Positions 9,454 through 18,820 of a stretch of DNA of 64,000 nucleotides are shown here, piece after piece. A program made the position numbers and the translations under genes. The notes beneath the pieces were generated by a model. The model worked only from the letters and a program-made list of their open reading frames with translations, had not been told where the DNA came from and did not search any database. Origin of the DNA: a bacterium (GTDB lineage: Bacteria > B130-G9). The stretch spans positions 7,994 through 71,993 of the forward strand of contig DATLAJ010000114.1 in the NCBI GenBank assembly GCA_035527515.1, read 5' to 3'. The stretch's first letter is position 1. Each line of letters begins with the position of its first letter.

Positions 9454-10473
9454 CTATCTTCTCTCAACGTACTGCTTCTCGTAATATCTAGCGAGGCGCT
9501 GCTTGATCTTCCGCCACCACTCAGGGTGACTCTCATACCACAGAACCGTCTCCCTAATCCCATCCTCGAACTCGACCTTCGGCGCCCAATTGAACATATT
9601 CCGCAACTTGTCGCTGTTGACCGCGTGCCTAAGGACGTGCCCTGGCCTGTCAACGACGAACTCGATGAGCTCCTTCGGCTTGCTGAGCGCTTTGAGTATG
9701 TGGTCGCACATCTGAAGAATCGTAACCTCATGCCCCGAGCTCACGTTGAACACCTCGCCGAAGCAGTCGGCCTTAAGTATTAGAAGCTCCAGAGCGCGGC
9801 AATGGTCCAGCACGTGTATCCAGTCTCGCTTGTTTTGGCCAGTGCCATAGACCGGCAGCGGCCTGTCCTCGATGGCGTTAGTCGTAAACAGCGGAACCAT
9901 TTTCTCCGGCAGCTGGAACGGGCCATAGTTGTTAGAACAGCGCGAGACCAAGACGGGGACCTTGTGCGTCGCCCAGTAGGAATACGCTAGCCTGTCCGCG
10001 CCGGCTTTCGACGCCGCATAAGGGCTCTTGGGCATCAGCGGGTCGCTCTCCAGGCACGGCCTGCCGTGCGCCTCGCCATAGACCTCGTCGGTTGAGATGT
10101 GGATGAATTTCTGAAGGCCGTGGACCTTGGCGCAGTCGAGAAGGACAAATGTCCCGAACACGTCAGTGGTGACGAAGTCGCCGGCGTCCATTACGGACCT
10201 ATCGACGTGCGTCTCGGCCGCGAAGTGCACGATTATATCCGCCCATTTGACCAGCGGATCGACCAGCGCCCTGTCAGCGACATCGCCCTTCACGAAGCGG
10301 TAGTTGGGCTGGCCTTCGACGTCGCTTACGTTCTCGAGATTGCCGGCGTATGTCAGCTTGTCCAGGTTGCACACATACCAATCCGGATGATTAGACATTA
10401 TGTAGCGGATGAAGTTCGAGCCGATGAACCCAGCGCCGCCGGTTACCAGCAGCTTCAAGCCTTCTTGAGACAT
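9454..10473 (-). CDS. rfbB: dTDP-glucose 4,6-dehydratase
   Basis: LLVTGGAGFIGSNFIRY...NLDKLTYAGNLENV and the YSASKAGAD catalytic YxxxK motif (here YAASKAGAD). Length 339 aa. Confidence 0.9.
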   Translation of the reverse strand: MSQEGLKLLVTGGAGFIGSNFIRYIMSNHPDWYVCNLDKLTYAGNLENVSDVEGQPNYRFVKGDVADRALVDPLVKWADIIVHFAAETHVDRSVMDAGDFVTTDVFGTFVLLDCAKVHGLQKFIHISTDEVYGEAHGRPCLESDPLMPKSPYAASKAGADRLAYSYWATHKVPVLVSRCSNNYGPFQLPEKMVPLFTTNAIEDRPLPVYGTGQNKRDWIHVLDHCRALELLILKADCFGEVFNVSSGHEVTILQMCDHILKALSKPKELIEFVVDRPGHVLRHAVNSDKLRNMFNWAPKVEFEDGIRETVLWYESHPEWWRKIKQRLARYYEKQYVERR

Positions 10474-10946
10474 TATCGGTCCTTTCTCGCCCAGTCGTAA
10501 GGTATCTTGGAGCCGTGCGCCGGCAGGCGGTATTCGTCCGGGTTCTCATAGTTATACACCTTGTCAGGGATGTTAATTATGATGCCCTCCTTCTCGCTGA
10601 TGCACATGAATCCATGATACACGCCCCGTGGGATGACAAGCAGAATCGGGTTGTGCTCACCCATGAAGAACTCATTGATCTCTCCTTTTGTGGGCGAATC
10701 CTCACGATCGTCGTATAGCACCACCTTCATCATCCCTGAAACCGCCGCGAAGTGATCGCTCTGATGTTTGTGGTAGTGCCAGGCCTTCACGACGCCCGGA
10801 TAGCCTGTGGTCATGTATGCCTGGCCGAAGTTCGCAAAAAACTCCTCGCCATCATCACTCCTGAGTATCTCCATCAGCCGCCCTCGCTCGTCGGGCATCA
10901 CCTTCAACTTCTTAACCTTAACGCCATCGATCACAATGACCTCCAT
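10473..10946 (-). CDS. rfbC: dTDP-4-dehydrorhamnose 3,5-epimerase (RmlC-like cupin)
   Basis: Start refined to ATG 10946 (MEVIVIDGVKV...); the upstream 41 codons of track ORF 10473-11069 are low-complexity. Motifs PDERGRLMEILR, KAWHYHKHQSDHF and RGVYHGF are present. The 1-nt overlap with rfbB indicates an operon. Confidence 0.85.
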   Translation of the reverse strand: MEVIVIDGVKVKKLKVMPDERGRLMEILRSDDGEEFFANFGQAYMTTGYPGVVKAWHYHKHQSDHFAAVSGMMKVVLYDDREDSPTKGEINEFFMGEHNPILLVIPRGVYHGFMCISEKEGIIINIPDKVYNYENPDEYRLPAHGSKIPYDWARKDR

Positions 10947-11050
10947 ATCTTTATCTGTGCCCAAATACAGTAGCACAGAAGATTCGCAACACGACACGCT
11001 ATTGTCAAACAGTCTTTGTGAGAGGAAGGGGCGCTCCCCGACCCAGGGCG

Positions 11051-11125
11051 GCCTCATCGCACGGCGCAAGCGGTGGCGATGCGAGAGACTATCATTGCCC
11101 TAGCCCCCATCTTCGGAGGTTGTCC
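11051..11125. repeat. degenerate copy (X1) of two-hairpin repeat family X
   Basis: cctcatcgcacggcgcaagcggtggcgatgc...cccccatcttcggagg resembles 22289-22397. The first hairpin is intact and the second is decayed. Confidence 0.5.
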
Positions 11126-11131
11126 AATGAA

Positions 11132-11279
11132 GGGGCCAGGCGTGTTTTTTGTAGGGGCGATTCACGAATCACCCACAATATGTTGTGGCGCTGAGGTCGG
11201 GCGGGACGTGAACCGCCCCTACATCCAGGGCCAGGCATCCTTCAACACAGGGATTCTTCCATGCAGATGCACTTACTAG
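11132..11279. repeat. ~147-bp structured repeat element, copy B (inverted partner of 3128-3272)
   Basis: The reverse complement aligns with 3128-3272 at about 95% identity, including the nested palindrome tgtaggggcgattcacgaatcacccacaatatgttgtggcgctgaggtcgggcgggacgtgaaccgcccctaca. Confidence 0.75.
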
Positions 11280-11623
11280 ACAGCCTCTCTAGTTGGGTGG
11301 TAGCCGATATCCATCTGGTTATCTGGAAAGGAGGGAGTATGGCGTCAAACGCCTCTGGCGTACGTGTCTTGGCGGTCAGGGCGAGCGCGGGCAGTCCGGG
11401 TGTTAGAACTGATCCCGAAATAGTAACCTTGGCCGGGAGGCTCCGGGTCTTGATAGAGCTGAAAGCTGGGAATAAATGCGAGATGGCCAACACTATTCCC
11501 TGTCCGAATAGTCTTGCGGGCGTTGAGATTATATTTTAGCCTTTGAGCCGGGTGTTCTGTTATACTGATAAGTTACAAAGTCGGTGTGCTCTAGTAGCCT
11601 TCAAGTTTGAGGAGTTAAGATAG

Positions 11624-13315
11624 ATGTTTGTTCTGGGCGTAAACGAGTGTTTTCACGATAATTCTTCTGCCCTTGTGCGCGACGGCGAGCTCGTCTGCTC
11701 CATAGAGGACGAGCGCCTCGACCGGATCAAGCACACGCCAGGCCTCTGCTGGGGCGGGGAGCCGCCGTACGGCTCTATCGACTGGTGTTTGAACGAGGCG
11801 CACGTCAAGCCAGAGGAGATCGACGCTGTCGCCTACTCGGTCGATATGAACGCCTATCTGGCCCTGGAACAGCTGACCAAGAGCATCATCTTCAGCTACA
11901 AGAAGATGTCGCTCAAGAACATTCTCAAGCTGCGTTTCGGCCAGAAAGACCTTAACGCGGGTTTCTTGCAGGGGCTGAGCTACGGTTACTTCGTCAAGCG
12001 CAAGAGGTTTTTGAGAGAGATGAGGGGCAAGTTCCCGAACGCCCGATTCTTCGACGTGAAGCACCACTTGGCGCATGCTGCGAGCGCGTTTCGGCTGTCT
12101 GGTTTTGACAAGGCGAATATCATCGTTGTGGATGGTCTTGGTGAGCGTTATTCGACGTCGCTTTATGTTGGCGAGGGTAACGTGATCTCCAGGCCGTTTA
12201 AGCAGTACACTTACACGCAGTCGCTTGGGGCTATGTATAAGAACATCACGTTCTATCTAGGTTTTGGCTATTTCCAGGAAGGCAAGACGATGGGCCTCTC
12301 CGCCTACGGACAGTTCGACGAGAAGTTCGCCAACGTCGTCAATGTTAGCGACGGAGGATACAAGGTTGACCTGAATGCCATCAAGAGGCTGGGGAAATAC
12401 GCCAGATATGATGGGGAGCTCTTGAAGATTCATAAAGACATCGCGATGACGCTTCAGACCCAGCTTGAGCGCATCGGAGTGGCGCTGGCGAAGACGCTTT
12501 ACGAGCGGACAGGCTACCGCAATCTCTGCCTCGGCGGGGGCGTAGCTCTCAACTGTTGCATGAACTCGGCGATCTTGAACTCGCCCTACGTTGACCATAT
12601 CTACGTTCAACCGGCAGCGATGGACAACGGGACGGCGCTTGGGGCGGCGATGGAGGGCTATGCTCGGATGGGCTTTGAGAGCAAATCCCACATGCCGCAC
12701 GTCTATTGGGGGCCGGAGTTCAAAAACAGCGAGATCGAGGCGGAGATCGTTCGCGCTGGCCTGCGATATCGGAGGTCTGAGGACATCTGCAAGGAGGTTG
12801 CGCGGCTCTTGGTTGACCAGAAGATAGTTGGGTGGTTTCAGGGGAGGATGGAGATCGGGCCTCGGGCGTTGGGCGCGCGGAGCATATTGGCGGACCCCAG
12901 GTCGCCCGAGATGAAGGATAAGGTGAACGTTATCAAGATGCGTGAGCTTTGGCGTCCGCTTGCGCCCTCGATACTGGAGGAGAGGGTGGGCGAGTGGTTT
13001 GAGAACGCCTATCCAAGCCCGTTTATGAACCTGAACCTGTTTTTCAAGGACGCCGTCAAGGACAAGGTCCCCTCCGTTGTGCACACAGATGGCTCCGCGC
13101 GCGTTCAGACCGTTAGCAGGCACACAAACCCCCTCTATCACAGGCTGATAGCGGAGTTCGAGGAGCTGACTGGCGTTCCGATAGTGCTCAACACGTCTTT
13201 CAACACGAAGGGCGAGCCGATCGTATGCACGCCAGCCGAGGGGCTCAGGACGTTCAAGGTAACGGGTATGGATTATCTGGCCATCGGCGATTTCATCGTT
13301 GAGGGAGGCGGATAG
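11624..13315 (+). CDS. carbamoyltransferase (NodU/CmcH family)
   Basis: N-terminus MFVLGVNECFHDNSSALVRDGELVCSIEDERLDRIKHTPG and the C-terminal block PIVLNTSFNTKGEPIV. Length 563 aa is typical of the family. Confidence 0.85.
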   Translation: MFVLGVNECFHDNSSALVRDGELVCSIEDERLDRIKHTPGLCWGGEPPYGSIDWCLNEAHVKPEEIDAVAYSVDMNAYLALEQLTKSIIFSYKKMSLKNILKLRFGQKDLNAGFLQGLSYGYFVKRKRFLREMRGKFPNARFFDVKHHLAHAASAFRLSGFDKANIIVVDGLGERYSTSLYVGEGNVISRPFKQYTYTQSLGAMYKNITFYLGFGYFQEGKTMGLSAYGQFDEKFANVVNVSDGGYKVDLNAIKRLGKYARYDGELLKIHKDIAMTLQTQLERIGVALAKTLYERTGYRNLCLGGGVALNCCMNSAILNSPYVDHIYVQPAAMDNGTALGAAMEGYARMGFESKSHMPHVYWGPEFKNSEIEAEIVRAGLRYRRSEDICKEVARLLVDQKIVGWFQGRMEIGPRALGARSILADPRSPEMKDKVNVIKMRELWRPLAPSILEERVGEWFENAYPSPFMNLNLFFKDAVKDKVPSVVHTDGSARVQTVSRHTNPLYHRLIAEFEELTGVPIVLNTSFNTKGEPIVCTPAEGLRTFKVTGMDYLAIGDFIVEGGG

Positions 13316-13317
13316 AA

Positions 13318-13800
13318 ATGAGAAAGAAGGCCAACAGAAGCGTTCTGACCATGGCGATTACTATGGTCGTGGTTGTCCTGTTCGTCTGGCACTTCAATCG
13401 CAGGTTCGAGCAGATCAAGCAAAGGGCCAGGCCCAGCGTTCAGCCGTCTTCAGCGGCAGAACAGGTCGAGAGCCCGGCGCCGAGCTCCGAGCAGGCCAGT
13501 CTGACCAAGCCTGGTCAGGCAAAGCGCCCCATACTTGGCTGCTTCTGCGCGGAGTGGCGCTACGGCTGCGACGAGATGAGAGAGCTTCTGGACAAGATGA
13601 AGGCTCGGTTCGGCGAGAGGCTTCAGGTTCGCATGATCGACCCAGCTGACGATCCTGATCTGGCCAAACAGTTTAGGATCAACAACTTGCCGACTTTCAT
13701 TGTGTTCGACGCGCGCGGCAAGCTCGTTCTGCGGAGCGAGGGAGCGATGACGGAGGAGGATCTGCTCGCAGCGCTCGGTCGGGCTGGGCTTGGCGATTGA
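13318..13800 (+). CDS. membrane-anchored thioredoxin-like protein (atypical CxxxxxxC site)
   Basis: N-terminal TM helix, then CFCAEWRYGC in the position of the Trx WCGPC motif and the Trx-fold signature NNLPTFIVFDARGKLV. Start 3 nt after the carbamoyltransferase stop. Confidence 0.55.
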   Translation: MRKKANRSVLTMAITMVVVVLFVWHFNRRFEQIKQRARPSVQPSSAAEQVESPAPSSEQASLTKPGQAKRPILGCFCAEWRYGCDEMRELLDKMKARFGERLQVRMIDPADDPDLAKQFRINNLPTFIVFDARGKLVLRSEGAMTEEDLLAALGRAGLGD

Positions 13801-16800
13801 GGGAATGACCTTGAAAAGCTTATTCATATTCGTTGCCATACTGCTGCTTTCAGTGTGCTCAGTGAACGAGCTCCGGGGTGAAGAGCCGTCCGCGCTCGAC
13901 GAGAAATCGTGGACGTTCGTCGTTTACATGAGCGCCGACAACAGCCTCTCCAGCACCGCGCCCGTGGACCTCAATGAGATCGAGGGAGCGATCGAATCGG
14001 TCGATGCGAATGTGGTAATCCTGATCGACCAATTCAGCAACGCGGACACACGCGCCTACCGGGCGCGATACGATCCTGCCGGACCGCAGAACAGCGCTAT
14101 TGTCTCGGACGAAGTCCCGCTGGGCGACATCGAAAGCGGCTGGGACGGCCTGACTGAGCTAGACCTCGCCAACCCAGATACATTGCTTGCTTTCTCCAAG
14201 TGGGCGGTCGCGAACTACCCGGCCGATCATTTCGGACTTGTCCTTTGGGACCATGGGGACGGCTGGAGGAAGAAGCTCGCTCCGAGCAAACCGCGGAAAG
14301 ACATCTGCTACGATGGCTATGCCTCTATGGACATGCTGGAGCTCAAGTCCGCGCTCGCAGCACTGAAGCAGGAGACCGGCGTGACCTTCGACCTTGTCGG
14401 GATGGACGCCTGCCTGATGGGGATGGTCGAGGTCGCATACCAGATCAAGGACCTGTGTAAGGTGGTGGTGGCCTCCGAAGAAACGGTTCCCTGGGACGGC
14501 TGGGACTACGGCTTCCTGAGCGAGATCGAGCCCGGCTCAGACCTCACACCCAAGGAGCTTGCCATGCATATCGTCAACTACTTCTATAACTCGTACACCG
14601 ACGGCAAGTCAGACCCGGACGACGAATCATACGTGGTGCTCTCCGCTATTGACGAGGCGAAGTTCGACGACGGCTTCCTGTCCTCCCTTGGCAGCCTCGC
14701 CCAGCTGCTCATTGGCTCGATGGAGCACAGCAAGAGTAAGGTTTACGATGCCTACCTCTCGAGCTACAGGATGGAAGATTACTGGTATTACGTTGATCTC
14801 AAGGACTTCATGCTTGCACTGAGCGCTCAGAACATCTCCGAGGCAATATCTGCCGCGGCGCAGCAGGTTGCCTCGAGGCACGACGACGTAGTCTATTACC
14901 ACCGCTCTGGGGCGGGCCTTCCTTACTGCTATGGACTATCGATCTACTTCGAGTCGGAAGAATATAGCTACGACGAGCGCTACGACGGTAACCAGGGCTT
15001 CCTGGACTTTACTGCCGACACGCTTTGGGATGAGGTCCTGAGGTCTTATTACAACCCTGGCTCGGTGTCGCCGCAGATAGACTTCGAGCTGCTGCCGGAC
15101 ACGGAGGATTTCGACGAGGACATCACACTCAGCTGTTTCATCCACTCCGAGCTGCCTCTTGTAGAGGGGGAGGTCCTGGTCTATTACAGGACAGGGAGTG
15201 CGGCTCGGTCCGCTTTTGATTGGACGGCCACCGCTCTGGCGCCCGGCGTCCTGCCCGAACAGTACGTGGCGACTCTCCCCGGTCAGCCTGAGAACACACA
15301 GGTCTTTTACTATCTATACGCCGAGAATATCGCCGGAAGCTACTCAACTAGCCCTGCCGACGCTCCCGACCAGGTGCATAGCTTTTGGGTGCGAACCGAT
15401 TCAGTCCCGCCGTCGATCGAGCACACGCCGCTCGTCAGCCAGCCTGCTGCCCGTGGCTCGTTTCAGGTTACCTGCATCGTTCGCGACAGCGTCGGCGTGG
15501 ACGAGCAGAGCGTCAAGCTTTACTACCACTATTCCAACGAGGACGACGCTTTTGTCCATCTCACGAAGCAGGGCGACTCGACTTACTACGCGGAGATTCC
15601 AGGAGCTGGCCTAGTCCCCGGCGACCGCGTGTCGTATCGCCTCGAGGCATCTGACATCGCCAAGACCCCCAACAGGGCGCTCTTGCCGGAGGCTGGCTAC
15701 TTCAGTTTCTCGATCATACCCTCGCTGGGCTCAGTGCTCCTAATAGACGATGGTTCAGGTGGCTCTGCCGACATCTTTCTTGACGTGCTCGAGGCCGCTG
15801 GATACGTGGTCCACACCCACAACCCAGGCGAGAGCTTGCCCGACCTACCGTTTGACGTTGTGATATATTGCCTCGGCGATGCCTCGGAGCCGCTCCCAGC
15901 ATATTACGAGGGCCTCGTTGAGTACGTGCTCGGCGGTGGGCGGCTCCTGATCGAGTCGGGGGACCTTGCATGGAGCGCTTGCCAGCAGTACCCGTCCAAG
16001 CTCTCTGACCTAAGGCGCTATGTCCTGCACATAGACTCCTGGAAGGCAGACTACGGGGACATACTCATACTCAAAAAGCCCGAGGCGCAGCTTGCGACTG
16101 CGCCGAACGTGCTCGAGGCGACGGTCGGATTTCAGGGCGAGTTTCTCGCCACAAGGGACGTATGCGTCCCTGCGGCCGACGGAAACGTGCTCTACGATTG
16201 GTCGCGGTATTCCCAGCCGGGCTTGATATACTTCGACGAGGATGGGGACGACACAAACGGAGGCCAGATAGTCTATATGACGTTCGCAATTCCTTACGTT
16301 TCAGACGAGCAGGGCGGGCGAGCGCAGTTGATAGAGAACTGCGCCTATTACCTTTCTGACTACGTTCGGGACACCACCCCGCCGGTTCTCGCCGATGTAA
16401 ACCCCCGTACGGGTGCAACCGTGCCGCCGGACACGAGCATATCGTTTTCAGTAGTTGATGGCGACACTGGTGTTGACCAGAGCACAGTGGAACTCTTGGT
16501 CAACGGCTCCGCCGTCTCCACCCAGATCACGCGCCTCGAGAGCGAGCATCGTTTGGCCGTGTCCTATGCCCCGCCCGGTGGCTTTGAGCCGGAGACCTTC
16601 TACCAAATCCAGATATCTGCGTGCGATTTCGCCAGCAATTGCCTGACGGACGATACGCACTGGTTTGAGACAAGCACCGCATCCGCCCGTGCGCCAGTGA
16701 TTCTCGCAGGCGGATTCTTGCAGACGCAGGTGCTGTCCGTCGGCGAGACCCTGAAGGTGGTCGCAATGCCGAAGACGTTTGGCGAGACTAACGCTGTCGA

Positions 16801-17014
16801 ACGTGTTGAGCTTCAGTTTGGGGGAATACATCTGGGCGTGTCTCTGAACGATGATGGTCTCTTGGGAGACGGCGTGGCGGGGGACGGCATATACTCGGCC
16901 GAGCTCGAGGTCCCGACAGGGGTTATCGCTGGACAATACGAGCTTCAGATAGTCGTGTGGGACGCTTTGGGTCTATCTAGCGAGCCGTGGCCGGCGCTAC
17001 ATGTTGCGCCGTAG
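13790..17014 (+). CDS. secreted clostripain-like cysteine peptidase (family C11) with large C-terminal Ig-like/beta-sandwich extensions
   Basis: Signal peptide. Catalytic His block FGLVLWDHGDGW and catalytic Cys block DLVGMDACLMGMVEVAYQ, the C11 hallmark. About 650 aa of repeat-like beta-rich sequence follows. Confidence 0.75.
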   Translation: MAIEGMTLKSLFIFVAILLLSVCSVNELRGEEPSALDEKSWTFVVYMSADNSLSSTAPVDLNEIEGAIESVDANVVILIDQFSNADTRAYRARYDPAGPQNSAIVSDEVPLGDIESGWDGLTELDLANPDTLLAFSKWAVANYPADHFGLVLWDHGDGWRKKLAPSKPRKDICYDGYASMDMLELKSALAALKQETGVTFDLVGMDACLMGMVEVAYQIKDLCKVVVASEETVPWDGWDYGFLSEIEPGSDLTPKELAMHIVNYFYNSYTDGKSDPDDESYVVLSAIDEAKFDDGFLSSLGSLAQLLIGSMEHSKSKVYDAYLSSYRMEDYWYYVDLKDFMLALSAQNISEAISAAAQQVASRHDDVVYYHRSGAGLPYCYGLSIYFESEEYSYDERYDGNQGFLDFTADTLWDEVLRSYYNPGSVSPQIDFELLPDTEDFDEDITLSCFIHSELPLVEGEVLVYYRTGSAARSAFDWTATALAPGVLPEQYVATLPGQPENTQVFYYLYAENIAGSYSTSPADAPDQVHSFWVRTDSVPPSIEHTPLVSQPAARGSFQVTCIVRDSVGVDEQSVKLYYHYSNEDDAFVHLTKQGDSTYYAEIPGAGLVPGDRVSYRLEASDIAKTPNRALLPEAGYFSFSIIPSLGSVLLIDDGSGGSADIFLDVLEAAGYVVHTHNPGESLPDLPFDVVIYCLGDASEPLPAYYEGLVEYVLGGGRLLIESGDLAWSACQQYPSKLSDLRRYVLHIDSWKADYGDILILKKPEAQLATAPNVLEATVGFQGEFLATRDVCVPAADGNVLYDWSRYSQPGLIYFDEDGDDTNGGQIVYMTFAIPYVSDEQGGRAQLIENCAYYLSDYVRDTTPPVLADVNPRTGATVPPDTSISFSVVDGDTGVDQSTVELLVNGSAVSTQITRLESEHRLAVSYAPPGGFEPETFYQIQISACDFASNCLTDDTHWFETSTASARAPVILAGGFLQTQVLSVGETLKVVAMPKTFGETNAVERVELQFGGIHLGVSLNDDGLLGDGVAGDGIYSAELEVPTGVIAGQYELQIVVWDALGLSSEPWPALHVAP

Positions 17015-17118
17015 AGGGCCGGCTGGGGCAGTGGAGGCCGAGGCGCAGGAGAAGACGACGGATGACATCGTGAAGACGATCCTGGACAGCATCGAGGTGC
17101 CGTAGAGGAGGCTATAAG

Positions 17119-17673
17119 GTGGAAACAACAGAAAAAATCGTGGACTCATACTGTCGGTATGTGAAGGGCTGGTTCACAATCCCTAATGTCAAGTGCAAGA
17201 GCCAATACGAGATTGACCTCCTGGCTGTTGATATCTCCGGTCCGGAGGGGATCAAGCGCTACCACATCGAGTGCGGCGTTTCTATCTCAGGCTCCTATTC
17301 AAAGTTGACTGCTAAAGAGTTCTCTCGTGAGGACCTCAAGAAACGCATTCAACAGGCAGGTCAGAGGAGAACAATCGGTTACTTCATTGAGCGGAAATTC
17401 GGTCAGCAAGAGGTGCACGACAAATTGAGGGAATACGGTTTCGGCGCCGATCGGCACAACTATCAGAAGGTTATCGTGACCTGGGGCTGGACAGACGACG
17501 CGAAGCAAGCGGCTGATCGGGAAGACATCATCTTATGGGATTTCCGCCAAGTATTGAGAGAAATCGCGGCTGCTTTCAAGACGCAGAGGACCTATTTCAC
17601 TGATGATACCCTTCGCACTATTCAGCTCTTCGCGAAATCGGTCGATGAGGCGCACAAGGCCGGGCGCGCTTGA
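17119..17673 (+). CDS. hypothetical protein, possible degenerate PD-(D/E)xK nuclease fold
   Basis: GTG start with RBS agaggagg. The YEIDLLAVD...KRYHIECGVS pattern resembles restriction-endonuclease-like cores (e.g. GEIDLIA...FVEVK), but the Lys position is not conserved. Confidence 0.4.
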   Translation: METTEKIVDSYCRYVKGWFTIPNVKCKSQYEIDLLAVDISGPEGIKRYHIECGVSISGSYSKLTAKEFSREDLKKRIQQAGQRRTIGYFIERKFGQQEVHDKLREYGFGADRHNYQKVIVTWGWTDDAKQAADREDIILWDFRQVLREIAAAFKTQRTYFTDDTLRTIQLFAKSVDEAHKAGRA

Positions 17674-17798
17674 CGTAGCGAGGTCACAGCTATAGACTCT
17701 GGGTTGCGATTAGAGCGATTCGCTGACTGCGTGGCTGCATCAGGAAGGACGGCCAAGGTCTAGTCAGATCATTCAGCAAGCGTTAAGGAGATATACCA

Positions 17799-18044
17799 AT
17801 GAAGGCGGTCAAGGGCATTTATGAGAATGGGAAAGTCAGGCTATTAGAAAGCATGCCAAGGAAAGAACAAACTGATGTCATGGTCATTTTTTCTGACGAG
17901 ACTGAGGCGACGGCGCAGCGTGGCGAGATAAGAGCCGATGCCTTGCTGAGGGAACTCGACGCAATAGCGGACAGCATCGAGGGGGAGTTCGACTCGGCTC
18001 AGGACGTGCAGAAGATTCGCAGGGAAAGGGCCGATAGTCTGTGA
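17799..18044 (+). CDS. type II antitoxin (AF2212/DUF104-like, VapB-type partner)
   Basis: 81 aa starting MKAVKGIYENGKVRLLE, typical of the small antitoxins paired with PIN toxins. 4-nt ATGA overlap with the downstream PIN gene. Confidence 0.6.
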   Translation: MKAVKGIYENGKVRLLESMPRKEQTDVMVIFSDETEATAQRGEIRADALLRELDAIADSIEGEFDSAQDVQKIRRERADSL

Positions 18045-18475
18045 AAGAGCTCTGCATTGACGCCAGCGTTGTAGTCAAGTTGGTTCTCAAGGGGGAGATG
18101 CATCGTGCTACAGCACGCCGGCTGTTGAGGGACTGCCTCGTCAACAATATCTCGCTTGTCGCGCCTCATTTGTATGAGTGCGAGGTTGATACAGTTATTC
18201 GTAGGCGAGCATACGAGGGGAGGCTTAGTCTTGCCGATGCAAAGAAGGCGCTCGCTGGATTGGACAGGGTGCCTGTTCAGGTTATGGCGCATCCTGACCT
18301 TCGTGGATGTGCCCGGGAAATCGCGCTGCGCTTCAATCTGCGCTCTGTTTACGACGCAACGTATGCAGCACTTGCTAAACTACAGGGGTGCCAGTTCTGG
18401 ACGGCGGACAAGGCTTTCTACGACGCGGTCAAATCAGGATTGCCGTTCGTGAGATACTTGCCTGATTACCAATGA
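18041..18475 (+). CDS. vapC: PIN-domain ribonuclease toxin VapC
   Basis: LCIDASVVVKLVL start. Acidic residues map to PIN positions (D7, E48-like, D-rich segment, FWTADKAF). Length 144 aa. Confidence 0.75.
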   Translation: MKELCIDASVVVKLVLKGEMHRATARRLLRDCLVNNISLVAPHLYECEVDTVIRRRAYEGRLSLADAKKALAGLDRVPVQVMAHPDLRGCAREIALRFNLRSVYDATYAALAKLQGCQFWTADKAFYDAVKSGLPFVRYLPDYQ

Positions 18476-18514
18476 TGGACGTGAACTGCTGCGAGCACAT
18501 CGTCAGCACGCCGG

Positions 18515-18820
18515 ATGTGCTTCGGGGTAAAGGTGGGATTAGGACAACTAGAATCAGGATACCGTGGTTGCATCTTGGGTGTGGCGATCGGGGTCGCTTT
18601 TGGCGCACCAGTTGAGTTTTTGCGCCTGCACGAGATAAGACAGCAGTTTGGCGAGCGCGGCGTTCAGAATTTCAACAGTTATCGAGGTTTTGCGGCTGGC
18701 TCTTACACCGACTATGCACAGATGACGCTCGCTACTGCGCGGGTGCAGCATGGAATCTTAGATTGTAAGTCCAACCCGTCTCGGCTGGCGCTTAGCTACG
18801 CTTGCGGACGTAGAAGATGA
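18515..18820 (+). pseudogene. N-terminal fragment of ADP-ribosylglycohydrolase (DraG/ARH family), truncated
   Basis: GCILGVAIGVAFGAPVEF...GSYTDYAQMTLA matches the ARH N-terminal signature G.LLG.AVGDALGAPVEF...YTDDTQM, with substitutions at the two metal-binding Asp sites. Only ~100 of ~300 aa are present, and the 3' end runs antisense into the methyltransferase gene. Confidence 0.5.

Noticed and set aside
12257-13141. 294-aa minus-strand ORF
   Set aside because: Antisense within the carbamoyltransferase gene, which has an unambiguous family signature; no independent motifs.
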